A DNA stretch of 64,000 bases from Gloeobacterales cyanobacterium (GCA_038245785.1 JBBRSB010000010.1:32001-96000); one strand, 5' to 3'. Numbered from the stretch's first letter, positions 20,945-31,471 are shown. Notes: generated by a model not told the origin, from the letters alone. A program made the numbers and translations.

Positions 20945-22108
20945 ATGACCAATCGCCAAACTGGTGTGTACAGAATGCTCTACGGTAATCAGTTACTGAC
21001 AAAAGCCTCTGGCTTTTCCAAAGAAGCCTGCTTTTCACTGGTGGCCTGTTTATTGCTTTCAGCTCCAGCATTTGCACAGCAAAATTCTTTGGCCCCTAAC
21101 CCAACACCGAAACAAGCAGAACTCGCTCCACAACCTGCGCAACCGCAGCCTCTCAATGGGAAATCGGCTACTCCAGCTTCTTTTACCGCAGGCGTTAGCC
21201 GTTCAGGGTATGTTCTGGGACCAGGAGACCAATTCAAGCTAACCGTTTTTGATTATGAAGAATTTACCGGTCCTCAAGTAGTTTTACCTGATGGAAATAT
21301 TAGCCTCCCAATTGTGGGCAGTATTCAAGCAGCGGAACGGACTACAGATGAGCTATCTCAGGAGATTACTCAGCGTCTGCGTCCCTACCTCAAAAATCCA
21401 ATCGTTACGATAGCACCTACTACACTGCGTCCCCTCCGTATCAATGTTTCAGGTGAAGTCCAGCGCCCCGGCCCTATTCAGCTAGCTAGTGCAACATCCA
21501 ATGTCAGCAATACCCCAGCAAAAGCAGCCACCGTAGGTACGGCGCTTGCAGAAGCAGGAGGTATCACCAGAGATGCTGATATCCGCAAAGTAGTTCTCAA
21601 GCACCATAACCCCAACAAGCAGGACCAAAAGGCAGAAGAGACAAACATCGATTTGTGGGAAACTATTTGGTCTGACAAAATTAATCGTGATATTACCTTG
21701 CAGGATGGTGATTCTTTATATATTCCTAAACTGGCCCCTGGGGATACCCTAGACCGCAGATTGATTGCCCGTTCTAGCCTTTCTCCTAAAACAGTTAAGG
21801 TGCGCGTCGTAGGCGAAGTCAAAAAACCGGGAGAAATAGAAATTCCACCCAATGGTTCAATTTCTGGCGCCGTGGCAATTGCTGGAGGACCTACGGATAA
21901 AGCAGACCTTGGTCAAGTAGCCTTTACCCGATTAAATAATGAGGGTCGCATTGAGAGTAAGGCCGTTGACTTGAATAAGTTCGCTGACAATGACCAAGTA
22001 CAAGAGGGGGACGTTGTTATAGTTCCGAAAAGTTCTAGTTCCTCTTTCCTCGATACATTCTCACAGGTAATTTCCCCTGTTTATGGGTTGTTTAACCTGT
22101 TTCGTTAG
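20945..22108 (+). CDS. Polysaccharide export protein (Wza-like, Poly_export + SLBB)
   Basis: YVLGPGD..VLPDGNISLP, GEVQRPG and GEVKKPG; signal peptide. Confidence 0.9.
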   Translation: MTNRQTGVYRMLYGNQLLTKASGFSKEACFSLVACLLLSAPAFAQQNSLAPNPTPKQAELAPQPAQPQPLNGKSATPASFTAGVSRSGYVLGPGDQFKLTVFDYEEFTGPQVVLPDGNISLPIVGSIQAAERTTDELSQEITQRLRPYLKNPIVTIAPTTLRPLRINVSGEVQRPGPIQLASATSNVSNTPAKAATVGTALAEAGGITRDADIRKVVLKHHNPNKQDQKAEETNIDLWETIWSDKINRDITLQDGDSLYIPKLAPGDTLDRRLIARSSLSPKTVKVRVVGEVKKPGEIEIPPNGSISGAVAIAGGPTDKADLGQVAFTRLNNEGRIESKAVDLNKFADNDQVQEGDVVIVPKSSSSSFLDTFSQVISPVYGLFNLFR

Positions 22109-23055
22109 TTGCAGAGCATAAAAGATCTGCTATCACTCAGGTGGAGCCGATAGTCATATAATCAAAGGCCTTGCTAGCCGCTCACTTTTGCCTTGTTTGC
22201 GACTTTTTAGTTATTCAAATTTTTGAGTATCTAAGTATAGACCAATACTTGCCTATCCCTAAAGGCTTGATAAACCTATGGGGAATAGAACAGATAATGT
22301 CAAAATATGAGATAAATATAATTTATTTCACACGAATTGAAGCCAGGGAAGTTCCCAGAACAAAATTGATTTAGGGAAGAGAGAATTGAATGTCATGAAC
22401 GTAAATAATTTATATCCCCTATGGATACGTGAAATCATTGCAAGTCAGTGCTTTTCTTGAAATCATCTGGTCTGTATGATCAAGCTGAGAAAGATGACAG
22501 GAGTACACTAGGGCTATCGGCTTAGTCCAATAATCAACCTCTGACTTCATGCTTTATAAACAAGAAGTGTCATAAGTAAAAATCTAATGGCATCAGGATC
22601 CTTTCATTATCTAAAGTGTTAATTTTGGAAAGCTATCAAAAGCTTTTCATTTAACTCAAGCCAGTAAACTCAAGAATGATTAAAGTGTAGTTAAGACTTG
22701 TTCTGAAAAATAATTGTCGTCTAACCACACAAGAAACTTTCCAAAACCACTTAAACCCAGTATTAAGCTCTATACATATTCCTTAACTTCTGTATAAACT
22801 ATGAGGCTGGAATAAAGTGGAATTTCCGTGTTTGCCCTGATGATTAGATATTATGGTTTCACTAATATTTGAAGGATAAGGTAGAGATCCGTAGCTTTCT
22901 CAAGAAAAGGACTCTCTGTATCTAAAAGGATGAGTATTTCAATATACAAACAAAAAAGTCATTAAAAGCTAATCTTTAGTTGATATAAGGAAAGCCCCAC
23001 CAGAAAAACTTTCTGCGAAGGCTTTGGGTATGTTTCGAAACGAACTGCGAAGTGG

Positions 23056-24462
23056 ATGTGGGGAGAGATGATTAGCCAAGGCCAGATATCAATGCAGCAT
23101 AACTATTCTTTATCAACAGTCGTTCAACGAATTGTCGATCCCTTTCTAATTGTTTTTTTACTTTACGCTTTGTATGGGGTCAGTTGGACGCCCTATCAAG
23201 CAGCTTATGTCTATCTTGGGCTCATCACTTTCCTATTGACACCTCCTCTGTTTAAGCTGGCAGGGCTATACAGGTCGTACCGAACAGGTGGTTACCTGAC
23301 TGAGCTGCCTCGCATCCTGACTGGGTGGTCAGTGGTGATTGCGGTTCTGTTGTTCTTGGCTTATCTGACTAAGAGCAGTTCGATGTTTTCTCGCCAAGTT
23401 TTGATCACTTGGTTTGCCTCGGTTCCTTTTGTTGTCTTTACAGCCCATTACTTGATTCGGAAAGTCTTGCACACAGGAGCTAATAGTCGGACTGCTGTGA
23501 TTGTAGGAGCCACCCCGCTCGGAAAGCAGCTTGCAACGGAGATGGCTACTTCTGCAGGGTTGGGCATTAAGCTCATTGGTTTTTTCGATAATAATCTTTT
23601 GACCTCATCTGAATCATTAGGGGCTCCCCTCCTAGGGAAGTTGGAGCAACTTCAAGATTACGTTAAACGGGTAAGGACAAATATTGTTTATATTGTGCTT
23701 CCTATCGAAGATTCTCGCTATGCTTACCAGATCATTGATACCTTACGAGATACAACAGCTTCTGTCTACTTCATGCCTGATATCTCTGCCTTTGATCCGC
23801 TGCGCTTGAGTGTACAGAGCATCAACGGGGTGCCAGCTTATGAAATATATGAGACTCCTTTTGCAGATGGTTTTGCTCGCTTAGCTAAGCGGACCAGTGA
23901 CATTATCATTTCCAGTATTATCCTGCTCTTAATTTCTCCTCTTATGGCAGCTGTTGCCGTTGCGGTGAAACTGTCTTCTCCTGGTCCTGTTTTCTTCAAA
24001 CAGCGGCGATATGGTCTCAATGGCCAAGAGATTGTCGTGTATAAGTTCCGCTCAATGACAGTTGCAGAGGATGGGGATAAAGTAACGCAAGCTACGCGAA
24101 ACGATGCGCGAATCACTCCCTTAGGAAAGTTTCTACGTCGCACCTCTTTTGATGAACTTCCTCAATTCATCAACGTACTCCAGGGGCGTATGAGTATTGT
24201 TGGCCCGCGTCCTCATGCCATAGCGCACAATGAGGAATATAGAAAGTTGATAAGCGGCTATATGCTTCGCCACAAGGTAAAACCTGGTATCACGGGCTGG
24301 GCACAGGTAAATGGGTATAGAGGGGAGACAAATAGTCTAGATAAAATGGCTCGCCGTGTAGAGTATGACCTTCAGTACATGAGTAATTGGTCTTTGACTC
24401 TTGATTTAGAGATCATTCTCAAAACCTTAATCACGGTCCTGCGCGATAAGAACGCTTATTAG
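23056..24462 (+). CDS. Undecaprenyl-phosphate glucose phosphotransferase (WcaJ/GumD-like)
   Basis: YKFRSM, DELPQFINVLQGRMSIVGPRP and KPGITGWAQVNG; start uncertain (23056-23092). Confidence 0.92.
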   Translation: MWGEMISQGQISMQHNYSLSTVVQRIVDPFLIVFLLYALYGVSWTPYQAAYVYLGLITFLLTPPLFKLAGLYRSYRTGGYLTELPRILTGWSVVIAVLLFLAYLTKSSSMFSRQVLITWFASVPFVVFTAHYLIRKVLHTGANSRTAVIVGATPLGKQLATEMATSAGLGIKLIGFFDNNLLTSSESLGAPLLGKLEQLQDYVKRVRTNIVYIVLPIEDSRYAYQIIDTLRDTTASVYFMPDISAFDPLRLSVQSINGVPAYEIYETPFADGFARLAKRTSDIIISSIILLLISPLMAAVAVAVKLSSPGPVFFKQRRYGLNGQEIVVYKFRSMTVAEDGDKVTQATRNDARITPLGKFLRRTSFDELPQFINVLQGRMSIVGPRPHAIAHNEEYRKLISGYMLRHKVKPGITGWAQVNGYRGETNSLDKMARRVEYDLQYMSNWSLTLDLEIILKTLITVLRDKNAY

Positions 24463-24919
24463 GGTCTTTGTGATCCAAAAAAGTTGAAAGTAGCAAGCAA
24501 ATAATGCCTAGATTAATAGCGATATCAGCTAGATTAAATACAGCAAAGTGAATAAGCCGGAAATCTATAAAGTCGACGACTTCACCTGTTAGGAATCGGT
24601 CTAGACCATTACCAATAGCTCCCCCTAGAATAAATCCATATCCCCACTGTTCCAGGGTAAATATTTTAGGGCCTACTAATCCATAAATTATTAAGCCGAT
24701 GCTAACTACTAAAGAAATCCACTTCAGCCAATTACCTCCTGTAAATAGGCTAAAAGCAGCTCCCGTATTGCGGACGTGGGTAAGGTGAAATACCCCTTCC
24801 CATAAGGGAATTGTTTTTCCTATAGCCAAATTATAGATGGTCCACTGTTTGCTGAAGGCATCTACAGCCACCACAAAAATGGCAGCCGCCCAAAACCACA
24901 AATTCTTTACCTTGATCAT
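24431..24919 (-). CDS. lspA: Lipoprotein signal peptidase II
   Basis: NTGAAFS, GAIGNGLDR, VVDF and FNLAD. Confidence 0.95.
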   Translation of the reverse strand: MIKVKNLWFWAAAIFVVAVDAFSKQWTIYNLAIGKTIPLWEGVFHLTHVRNTGAAFSLFTGGNWLKWISLVVSIGLIIYGLVGPKIFTLEQWGYGFILGGAIGNGLDRFLTGEVVDFIDFRLIHFAVFNLADIAINLGIICLLLSTFLDHKDPNKRSYRAGP

Positions 24920-24990
24920 AGCTATAGCCTAACTGGCTTGGGGTACTTTTATGTAACAGTAGTAAACAAAGGTTTGTAAGGCATACCTGA

Positions 24991-26385
24991 TTGAGTATTT
25001 TTCGCCGCTATTGGTACGAGCTAGTTCTTTCTCCGCTTACTCTGCTCTTAGATGTCGCTGGAGTATCTGCTGCCTATTCGGCCTCTTACTGGCTGCGCTC
25101 TCTGGAACCGAACTCTCTGCAGCCCCAAGTATACGTAGGCCTAACAGCATCTAGTTGCCTGATTGTCGTCTTTATCTTTGCCTTTTTTGGCCTATATCAA
25201 AAAAAACGTCGAGAATCTCGCTTTGATGAGGCTGTGTTCGTCCTCCTAGGGGTGGGGATCTCTCTTGGCATAGTTTTAGCTGGAGTATTTTTTATTCGCT
25301 CAATTTCTATCTCTAGATTGATATTGCTCTACACCTTTGGTATTACTGCTTTCTTGCTAGTTTCTGCACGCCTTGGACTGCAGGGTTTTGATGAATGGAT
25401 GCGCAACCGTGGGTTTGGACTAAAGCGGCTGCTTATCTTAGGTACTAGCCTCAGCGCCCAAACCTTAGGGGAACGCCTAGAACGTAATCTATCTCTGGGG
25501 TATGAAGTGGTTGGCTATCTGACTGATACCAAAGACGATTTAAGCAAATATAAAGTCTTGGGCACTGTAGATGAACTAGCTACGCATTTGACTTTGGCAG
25601 ACCCTATTGATGAAGTCTGGTTGGCTTTGCCCGAGAAACCAGGCCAAGAGGTTGCACACCTGATCGCAACCATCAAGAGCCAAACTTCTGTAGACATTAA
25701 AATCCTACCCGATGTTTTAGAGTTTTTTACCCTGCGCTTAGATGTAGATTCCCTTGGGGGAATGACCATGCTTACACTGCGAGATACCTCTCTGCGGAAA
25801 GCCTCGAATCGAGTTCTAAAGCGCACATTGGACCTCACCCTTTCAAGCTTGGCTTTGATAATTTTCTCTCCCTTTATGTTAGTGATTGCCTTGGGCGTGA
25901 AGCTAACAAGCCACGGACCGATTTTTTATAAACAAGAACGGGTAAGTCGGGATGGAGATGCTTTTGGAATTTATAAATTCCGCTCCATGTATACAGATTC
26001 AGAGGCTGCAGGCCCAGGCTGGACCTGTCCGGAAGACCAGAGAGTCACCCCTTTGGGACGAATTATTCGCAAGACGAGCTTAGATGAGCTACCTCAACTA
26101 TTGAATGTTTTTCTTGGTGAGATGAGTTTGGTCGGACCTCGCCCTGAACGACCCTACTATGTGGAGCAATTTAGCCAAGATATTCCTAAATATTTGGACC
26201 GCCATCTGGTCAAAACTGGAATTACCGGCTGGGCCCAAATCCATGGACTGAGAGGGGACACTTCTATTCCTGAGAGGGTCCGCTACGACCTCTACTACAT
26301 TGAAAACTGGTCCTTGCTGCTAGATCTGAGGATTTTGATGGTTACCGGCTGGCAATTGTTTAGAGGGCAGTACAACGCCTACTAG
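24991..26385 (+). CDS. Second undecaprenyl-phosphate sugar phosphotransferase
   Basis: YKFRSM, DELPQLLNV..MSLVGPRPERP and GITGWAQIHG. Confidence 0.92.
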   Translation: MSIFRRYWYELVLSPLTLLLDVAGVSAAYSASYWLRSLEPNSLQPQVYVGLTASSCLIVVFIFAFFGLYQKKRRESRFDEAVFVLLGVGISLGIVLAGVFFIRSISISRLILLYTFGITAFLLVSARLGLQGFDEWMRNRGFGLKRLLILGTSLSAQTLGERLERNLSLGYEVVGYLTDTKDDLSKYKVLGTVDELATHLTLADPIDEVWLALPEKPGQEVAHLIATIKSQTSVDIKILPDVLEFFTLRLDVDSLGGMTMLTLRDTSLRKASNRVLKRTLDLTLSSLALIIFSPFMLVIALGVKLTSHGPIFYKQERVSRDGDAFGIYKFRSMYTDSEAAGPGWTCPEDQRVTPLGRIIRKTSLDELPQLLNVFLGEMSLVGPRPERPYYVEQFSQDIPKYLDRHLVKTGITGWAQIHGLRGDTSIPERVRYDLYYIENWSLLLDLRILMVTGWQLFRGQYNAY

Positions 26386-26467
26386 AAAATTTATAGAGCA
26401 GCTTTTCCCATTTATCTAATTTAGATCTACTTTGGACGAGATAGGGTGATAACCTCATATAGAGCAG

Positions 26468-26496
26468 TTGACACGGGATACACCACTCCTTAAAAT
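26468..26496 (+). promoter_or_regulatory. Sigma70 promoter of tRNA-Gln
   Basis: TTGACA (26468), 17 nt spacer, TAAAAT (26491). Confidence 0.75.
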
Positions 26497-26513
26497 CACA
26501 TAAGCGTGCAAAT

Positions 26514-26585
26514 TGGGGCTTAGCCAAGCGGTAAGGCAGCTGGTTTTGGTCCAGCCATTCGGTGGTTCGAATCCATCAGCCCCAG
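26514..26585 (+). tRNA. trnQ: tRNA-Gln (TTG)
   Basis: TGGGGCT acceptor stem pairs with AGCCCCA; anticodon arm GCTGG-TT-TTG-GT-CCAGC; GGTTCGAATCC T-arm; CCA not encoded. Confidence 0.97.
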
Positions 26586-26670
26586 CTCAAATCCTTATAA
26601 AAAAACACTAAAACGCTGTGAAGCGTTTTAGCTAGTGCTAGAACAGGGAAGTACATTTGTTGGAATCTGT

Positions 26671-27240
26671 ATGGACTCTCTCCTACGAAACCCAGCCATA
26701 GCTCAAGCCTCTACAGATCCATGGATAGGAGCGACTAGAGCATTACGTTCTTCTATTGGCATGGAAAAAGTTACGCAGGTCCATGCTTTGGAGCATGGCA
26801 CTATTTGGGTGCTTTCCGAGAAATATCCAAAATCCCAACTAGGGGGAGCTTCTACTAATCAGGGCTTTTATATATACGGTCAGGTAGACTCTCAGATTTT
26901 GCTAGAAGCGGCCCGAGAAGCTTTAGAACGCTTCAAACGCGGAGAAGACGAATTAGCGGTACATCCTCGCTGTGGGACTAATCTTTCCGTAGGTATGCTG
27001 CTAACTATGGGATTTGCTTTTGGGTTTAATCTCTTACTCCCTCGCAGACTACCCAATTTAGTTATGGGAGCTGGTCTAGCTGCCGTATGCTCTTCTTTAC
27101 TTTCTCCTGGTTTGGGAGCCAAGGCTCAAAAGTATGTCACCACCGACATTCCTATGAATCTATCGATTGTGGGAATTCGAACACAAACAGACTGGATGGG
27201 GCGCAAGACTCATTTTGTCCAAACCCAATACCACGCTTGA
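26671..27240 (+). CDS. DUF6391-like protein
   Basis: HALEHGTIWVL and LAVHPRCGTN motifs. Confidence 0.75.
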   Translation: MDSLLRNPAIAQASTDPWIGATRALRSSIGMEKVTQVHALEHGTIWVLSEKYPKSQLGGASTNQGFYIYGQVDSQILLEAAREALERFKRGEDELAVHPRCGTNLSVGMLLTMGFAFGFNLLLPRRLPNLVMGAGLAAVCSSLLSPGLGAKAQKYVTTDIPMNLSIVGIRTQTDWMGRKTHFVQTQYHA

Positions 27241-28225
27241 ATTAGGAGCTTGGGTCGAGCCTCACGTACTGTTGGGCTTTAAGGCTGAAGACTGGGAGCA
27301 GCTTCGTGCTTCTGGCATTCGTCATTTTTTTATAGAGTGCTTTAAGCATGGACGCTTGGATCTGCGATTGGTAGACCGCAATCACTCCCATTATCTTCCT
27401 GGTCTTTTAAAACAGCATTTGCCCGATTCAGCTTGCCATGCTTGGGTACATACCCTGCGGTGGAGCATTTCTAGTCAATGCAGAACTTTAATAGAACTAG
27501 AGCGTTTAGCTTCTCCTCTTGATCACTCAAGCACCAAGTATCTTGCCTGTGACTTAAGGGCCTATGCATCCCTTCTCCTGACTCACGGGCGGGAACATCA
27601 CTTGAGCTGGGATATCGAACAAAATGGGGGTTTATTTGCTGATGTGACCCGTCTACATGACGGCAAAGATCTCCTCAATTCTCCGCTCCGTTGGGCGTTA
27701 GACACTATTGCTGCAAATCCAGAGATACAGACTATTCACCTCGATTACTGTCGCTATCCGAATCCAAATATCAGCCCTCTACAACGGCATGTTCACTATC
27801 AGCAGTCTGCTCATGAACATGAAGTATCTCAGCGCACCCGCAATATCGCCCAACTATTGGAAATTTTGAGCCGACGCTATGGCCAAGCACGTCTCTCTGC
27901 CACCCCCATTACTGCCTTTAATACTGAAGTTGGTCAAGACTGCCGAGATTTTTTTCAGAATACCCACTTTGTCATTCCCCAGTGCTACAGCGAGACAGAC
28001 AGCCAAGTGGCTAGCTTCCTGGAACTTTGCCAGAACAGTAGAGGTCAGATGCTATGCGGCGTTGTTCATGGTCCATCGCCCAATCATCCCTATGGAGCCT
28101 TTGAACAAATAAAGCGCATCCGCCAAATTGCTGGGGATGCGCCTTTAGGTCTAATGGGTCTGTGTTTTTGGAAGTTCAGTCAAGAACTTATTAAAGAACT
28201 TTCAGACGCTTCCTCTAGCCAATAG
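27167..28225 (+). CDS. Hypothetical protein, possibly a divergent GHL10-like TIM-barrel
   Basis: HAWV and IHLDYCRYP resemble GHL10 motifs; start uncertain (maybe TTG 27215). Confidence 0.5.
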   Translation: MWEFEHKQTGWGARLILSKPNTTLELGAWVEPHVLLGFKAEDWEQLRASGIRHFFIECFKHGRLDLRLVDRNHSHYLPGLLKQHLPDSACHAWVHTLRWSISSQCRTLIELERLASPLDHSSTKYLACDLRAYASLLLTHGREHHLSWDIEQNGGLFADVTRLHDGKDLLNSPLRWALDTIAANPEIQTIHLDYCRYPNPNISPLQRHVHYQQSAHEHEVSQRTRNIAQLLEILSRRYGQARLSATPITAFNTEVGQDCRDFFQNTHFVIPQCYSETDSQVASFLELCQNSRGQMLCGVVHGPSPNHPYGAFEQIKRIRQIAGDAPLGLMGLCFWKFSQELIKELSDASSSQ

Positions 28226-28547
28226 TCACCTGGTCAGTTGTTACGCCTGTAGCACCACTAACCCCTTTGGCAACGGAAGCCATTTTGTTGAGGATCTCTT
28301 GGCTAGGAACGGAGCCTTTGAGCACTACCGTACCGCCAGTCTGAGCAACATAGAGGGTGTCGACATCATCCAGGCCTGAATCAGCATCAAAGGCTGCGGC
28401 TACTCGCTTGGCGAGACCACTCTGGTCAAATTCTCCACTCAGGCCCACCCGTTCTGGGGGAATCGGTTCCCCAGTCGGGCTAGTGGCAGCTTGAGCTACA
28501 GCCTCAGGTGGCTTTTCTAAACCAAAGAGACGCTGCAGAAAACCCAT
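28215..28547 (-). CDS. BON-domain protein
   Basis: PERVGLSGEFDQSGLAKRV..VVLKGSVPS..GVTTDQV. Confidence 0.85.
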   Translation of the reverse strand: MGFLQRLFGLEKPPEAVAQAATSPTGEPIPPERVGLSGEFDQSGLAKRVAAAFDADSGLDDVDTLYVAQTGGTVVLKGSVPSQEILNKMASVAKGVSGATGVTTDQVTIG

Positions 28548-28641
28548 GTGTTATCTCCATAACTAACAGATCCATCATACATAAGTCTTTTTCCCTTCTC
28601 AGTCGCGAACCATACATTGCTTTTTGCGGCCATCTGAGGGG

Positions 28642-29262
28642 TTAAACCTGCTGGGAAAAGCTATAAACAGAGCGGAATTTCTCCAAAATACAGAAAAAAA
28701 CTTTTTCGGGAGCTTGTATTCCGTCAATTGCCACTATGCGCGTAGGATAAGCGGCCTGTAAAGCTGCAAAACCATCATGGACACGTCGATGAAAGTCGAT
28801 ACCGCTAAGCTCTAAACGGTCTAGCTCCTCAGTATTTTTCCTGGCAAACCCTACTTCGGGCGGAATATTTAGCCAAAAAGTTAGGTCTGGAAAGAGTCCA
28901 TCGGTCGCAATAGTATTAAGTTGTTCGATCCATTCGAGATTGAGCTGCCGACCATAGCCTTGATAGGCCACCGTAGAATCCGTAAATCGGTCACAGAGGA
29001 CCACCTCTTTTCGCCGTAAGGCAGGGATTATGACTTCGCCCACGTGCTGAGCGCGGTCTGCACTATAGAGGAGTAGCTCCGCTCGTTTATCCACCGGACT
29101 TTGACTTTCTAGCAAAAGATTTCGTACATGCTTTCCCAGAGAAGTTCCCCCTGGCTCCCGGGTGACCACGCAAGGGATAGCTTGGCTGAAGCACCAATCT
29201 GCCAGCTTTTTGATTTGCGTGGATTTACCCGCTCCCTCTCCACCTTCAAATGTGACAAACAT
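28642..29262 (-). CDS. tmk: Thymidylate kinase
   Basis: FEGGEGAGKSTQ, TREPGGT and CDRFTDSTVAYQGYGR; ATG 29262. Confidence 0.95.
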   Translation of the reverse strand: MFVTFEGGEGAGKSTQIKKLADWCFSQAIPCVVTREPGGTSLGKHVRNLLLESQSPVDKRAELLLYSADRAQHVGEVIIPALRRKEVVLCDRFTDSTVAYQGYGRQLNLEWIEQLNTIATDGLFPDLTFWLNIPPEVGFARKNTEELDRLELSGIDFHRRVHDGFAALQAAYPTRIVAIDGIQAPEKVFFCILEKFRSVYSFSQQV

Positions 29263-29328
29263 GAAACATCTCTTTACACTTTCAGGAACCTGTGGCAAGA
29301 TCTCTTATAAGACCCTCAGGTATTATCC

Positions 29329-29457
29329 ATGACTGCCCAGGCCCTGATCATTTCAGTTGTGGTTAGCCTTGTACTCATCACAGGCTACTCAATTTACACT
29401 GCATTCGGACCTCCTTCTAAAGATCTGGAAGACCCCTATGAAATGCATGAAGATTAA
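29329..29457 (+). CDS. psbN: Photosystem II assembly protein PsbN (not in the ORF track)
   Basis: [42 protein letters not shown]. Confidence 0.95.
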   Translation: MTAQALIISVVVSLVLITGYSIYTAFGPPSKDLEDPYEMHED

Positions 29458-29485
29458 TAAAACCGATATTTAGATAAATCTTTAT

Positions 29486-29519
29486 AAAAAAAGGGCTTGG
29501 AGAACCAAGCCCTTTTTTT
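29486..29519. terminator. Bidirectional terminator between psbN and psbT
   Basis: AAAAAAAGGGCTTGG-AGAA-CCAAGCCCTTTTTTT. Confidence 0.9.
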
Positions 29520-29520
29520 C

Positions 29521-29652
29521 TTATTTTTCTTCCTCTTTCTTCTTAACCAAAAACTGATTTGGGTCTTCCCGAAAGAAGATGGCGAAAAACAAAGTACCAA
29601 GAATCAGAGCCAGAATGACCGCATAGACGATCGTAGTTATACCGCTGTTCAT
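29521..29652 (-). CDS. psbT: Photosystem II PsbT
   Basis: MNSGITTIVYAVILALILGTLFFAIFFREDP..; immediately after psbB. Confidence 0.93.
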   Translation of the reverse strand: MNSGITTIVYAVILALILGTLFFAIFFREDPNQFLVKKKEEEK

Positions 29653-29718
29653 AGAGCTTTTACTCCCGTTACATACAGGATAAACCCAGCAGAGGGATCT
29701 GCTGGGCATATCTTACAG

Positions 29719-31338
29719 TTAGATGACTTCTTCTTTACGGGTAGAAACGTCCCCGACTTTCTTGAACAAGCCAAATTCAACTTGCTCCATTTCCTGATCG
29801 ACTCCAGTAAACACATCCAAGAATAGGGTACGAGCCCCATGCCAGATATGGCCGAAGAAGAACAGAAGCGCGAATACACCATGACCTAGAGCAAACCAGG
29901 TGCGTGGAGAGGCCCGGAAGACCCCATCCGCAGGGACAGACTCACGGTCAAACTCGAAGATCGAACCTAGCTGGGCACGACGAGCATAGCGCTTCACATC
30001 GGCAGGCTCTGAGAAGGTTTTACCATTCAGAGAACCACCCAAGAAGGAGACGGTTACACCAGTCTGCTCAAAGCTGTATTGAGCTTCAGAGCGTTGGAAA
30101 GGAATGTCTGCGCGAACAATCCGGTCTTTATCCCGCAGGATGACAGGCTGCGTTTCAAAGAGGGTGTTTAGACGATCAACTTTGACGATGCGTCCTTCTC
30201 CATCTTTGAATACAGGATAGCCAAGCCACTGCTTAGCCAGACCATCACCGTTGTTCATAGGACCTGCACGGAATAAACCACCTTTAGCAGGGTTATTACC
30301 GACATAGTCATAGAAACGAAGCTTCAGGTTGACCAACTTCTGAGCATCTTCCTCAGTTCTCTTACCGCCTTCAACTAGAACGGTGCGCTCCAGTTGAGTC
30401 AGGGGAACTGAAGTGTACGCTTGGGAAGGAGCAGCACCAGACTTGATGACCGATGCAACGCGGTCATCAAGTTCCTTGTGGAAAATCTCTTCATCCCATT
30501 GATAGCGGGTCGGACCAAACAAGTCTGGGGGAGTAGTTGCTGTTCCGTACCACATGGTTCCTGCCACGACGAAGGCAGCAAAGAAGACTGCGGCAATAGA
30601 ACTAGCCAACACTGTTTCGATATTTCCCATCTTCAAAGCGCGGTAAAGCCGCTCTGGAGGACGGAAGAATATATGAAATAGGCCCCCTAGCATCCCAACG
30701 AGGCCCGCAGCGACGTGGTGGGCTGCAATACCCCCAACGTTGTACGGGTCAAATCCATCAGGTCCCCAGGAGAAACCTGTTGTCTGGACGTGTCCCGTTA
30801 TCCCTAGAGGATCGGAAACCCACATGCCAACGGTTTGAAGGTGAACGGCACCAAAACCAAAACAAACAAGACCAGAGAGAAAAAGATGAATACCGAAAAT
30901 CTTGGGCAGGTCTAAAACGAGTTCACCCGTACGAGAATCACGGAATAGATCGAGGTCCCAGTTCACCCAATGCCAACAAGCAGCTAAGAAGAGTAAACCA
31001 GCCAGGACAATGTGTGCTCCAGCGACCCCTTCAAAGGACCAGAAACCCACATTCGATGTAATTTGATTACCATAGCCATCAGCATTAAACGGTCCGAATA
31101 CGGACCAGCCCGACCATGAATTCACGACCCCGAGGCGCGTCATGAAAGGCATGACAAACATGCCCTGCCGCCACATCGGGTTCAAAACAGGGTCATTAGG
31201 GTTGTATAGCGCTACTTCATAGAGCGCCATCGACCCAGCCCAACCTGCCACCAAAGCAGTATGCATGAGGTGTACAGCGATCAGACGACCGGGGTCATTA
31301 AGAACTACTGTATGCACCCGATACCAGGGGAGTCCCAT
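29719..31338 (-). CDS. psbB: Photosystem II CP47
   Basis: [38 protein letters not shown]. Confidence 0.99.
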   Translation of the reverse strand: MGLPWYRVHTVVLNDPGRLIAVHLMHTALVAGWAGSMALYEVALYNPNDPVLNPMWRQGMFVMPFMTRLGVVNSWSGWSVFGPFNADGYGNQITSNVGFWSFEGVAGAHIVLAGLLFLAACWHWVNWDLDLFRDSRTGELVLDLPKIFGIHLFLSGLVCFGFGAVHLQTVGMWVSDPLGITGHVQTTGFSWGPDGFDPYNVGGIAAHHVAAGLVGMLGGLFHIFFRPPERLYRALKMGNIETVLASSIAAVFFAAFVVAGTMWYGTATTPPDLFGPTRYQWDEEIFHKELDDRVASVIKSGAAPSQAYTSVPLTQLERTVLVEGGKRTEEDAQKLVNLKLRFYDYVGNNPAKGGLFRAGPMNNGDGLAKQWLGYPVFKDGEGRIVKVDRLNTLFETQPVILRDKDRIVRADIPFQRSEAQYSFEQTGVTVSFLGGSLNGKTFSEPADVKRYARRAQLGSIFEFDRESVPADGVFRASPRTWFALGHGVFALLFFFGHIWHGARTLFLDVFTGVDQEMEQVEFGLFKKVGDVSTRKEEVI

Positions 31339-31453
31339 GGGTTGTGCTTCCTCCTAACGTACGTCAACGAATTTTTCTTGCTTTTCTTAAGGAAACGCCA
31401 GCGCTGTTTGGTCGAATCGAAGTCTTTAGAATGGCTTCCATTTTGGATAAAAC

Positions 31454-31471
31454 AGTATAAAGAAGTGTAAC
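31454..31471 (-). promoter_or_regulatory. HLR1-like (RpaB) direct repeat overlapping a -10 box upstream of psbB
   Basis: The minus strand reads GTTACACT-TC-TTTATACT, close to (G/T)TTACA(A/T)(A/T)-N2 repeats, and contains TATACT. Confidence 0.45.

Noticed and set aside
26392..26467. Direct repeat TATAGAGCAG upstream of the tRNA promoter
   Set aside because: Only 10 bp and AT-rich, with no associated structure.
26514..26640. tRNA-Gln as an integration site
   Set aside because: No integrase and no duplicated tRNA 3' end seen in the window.
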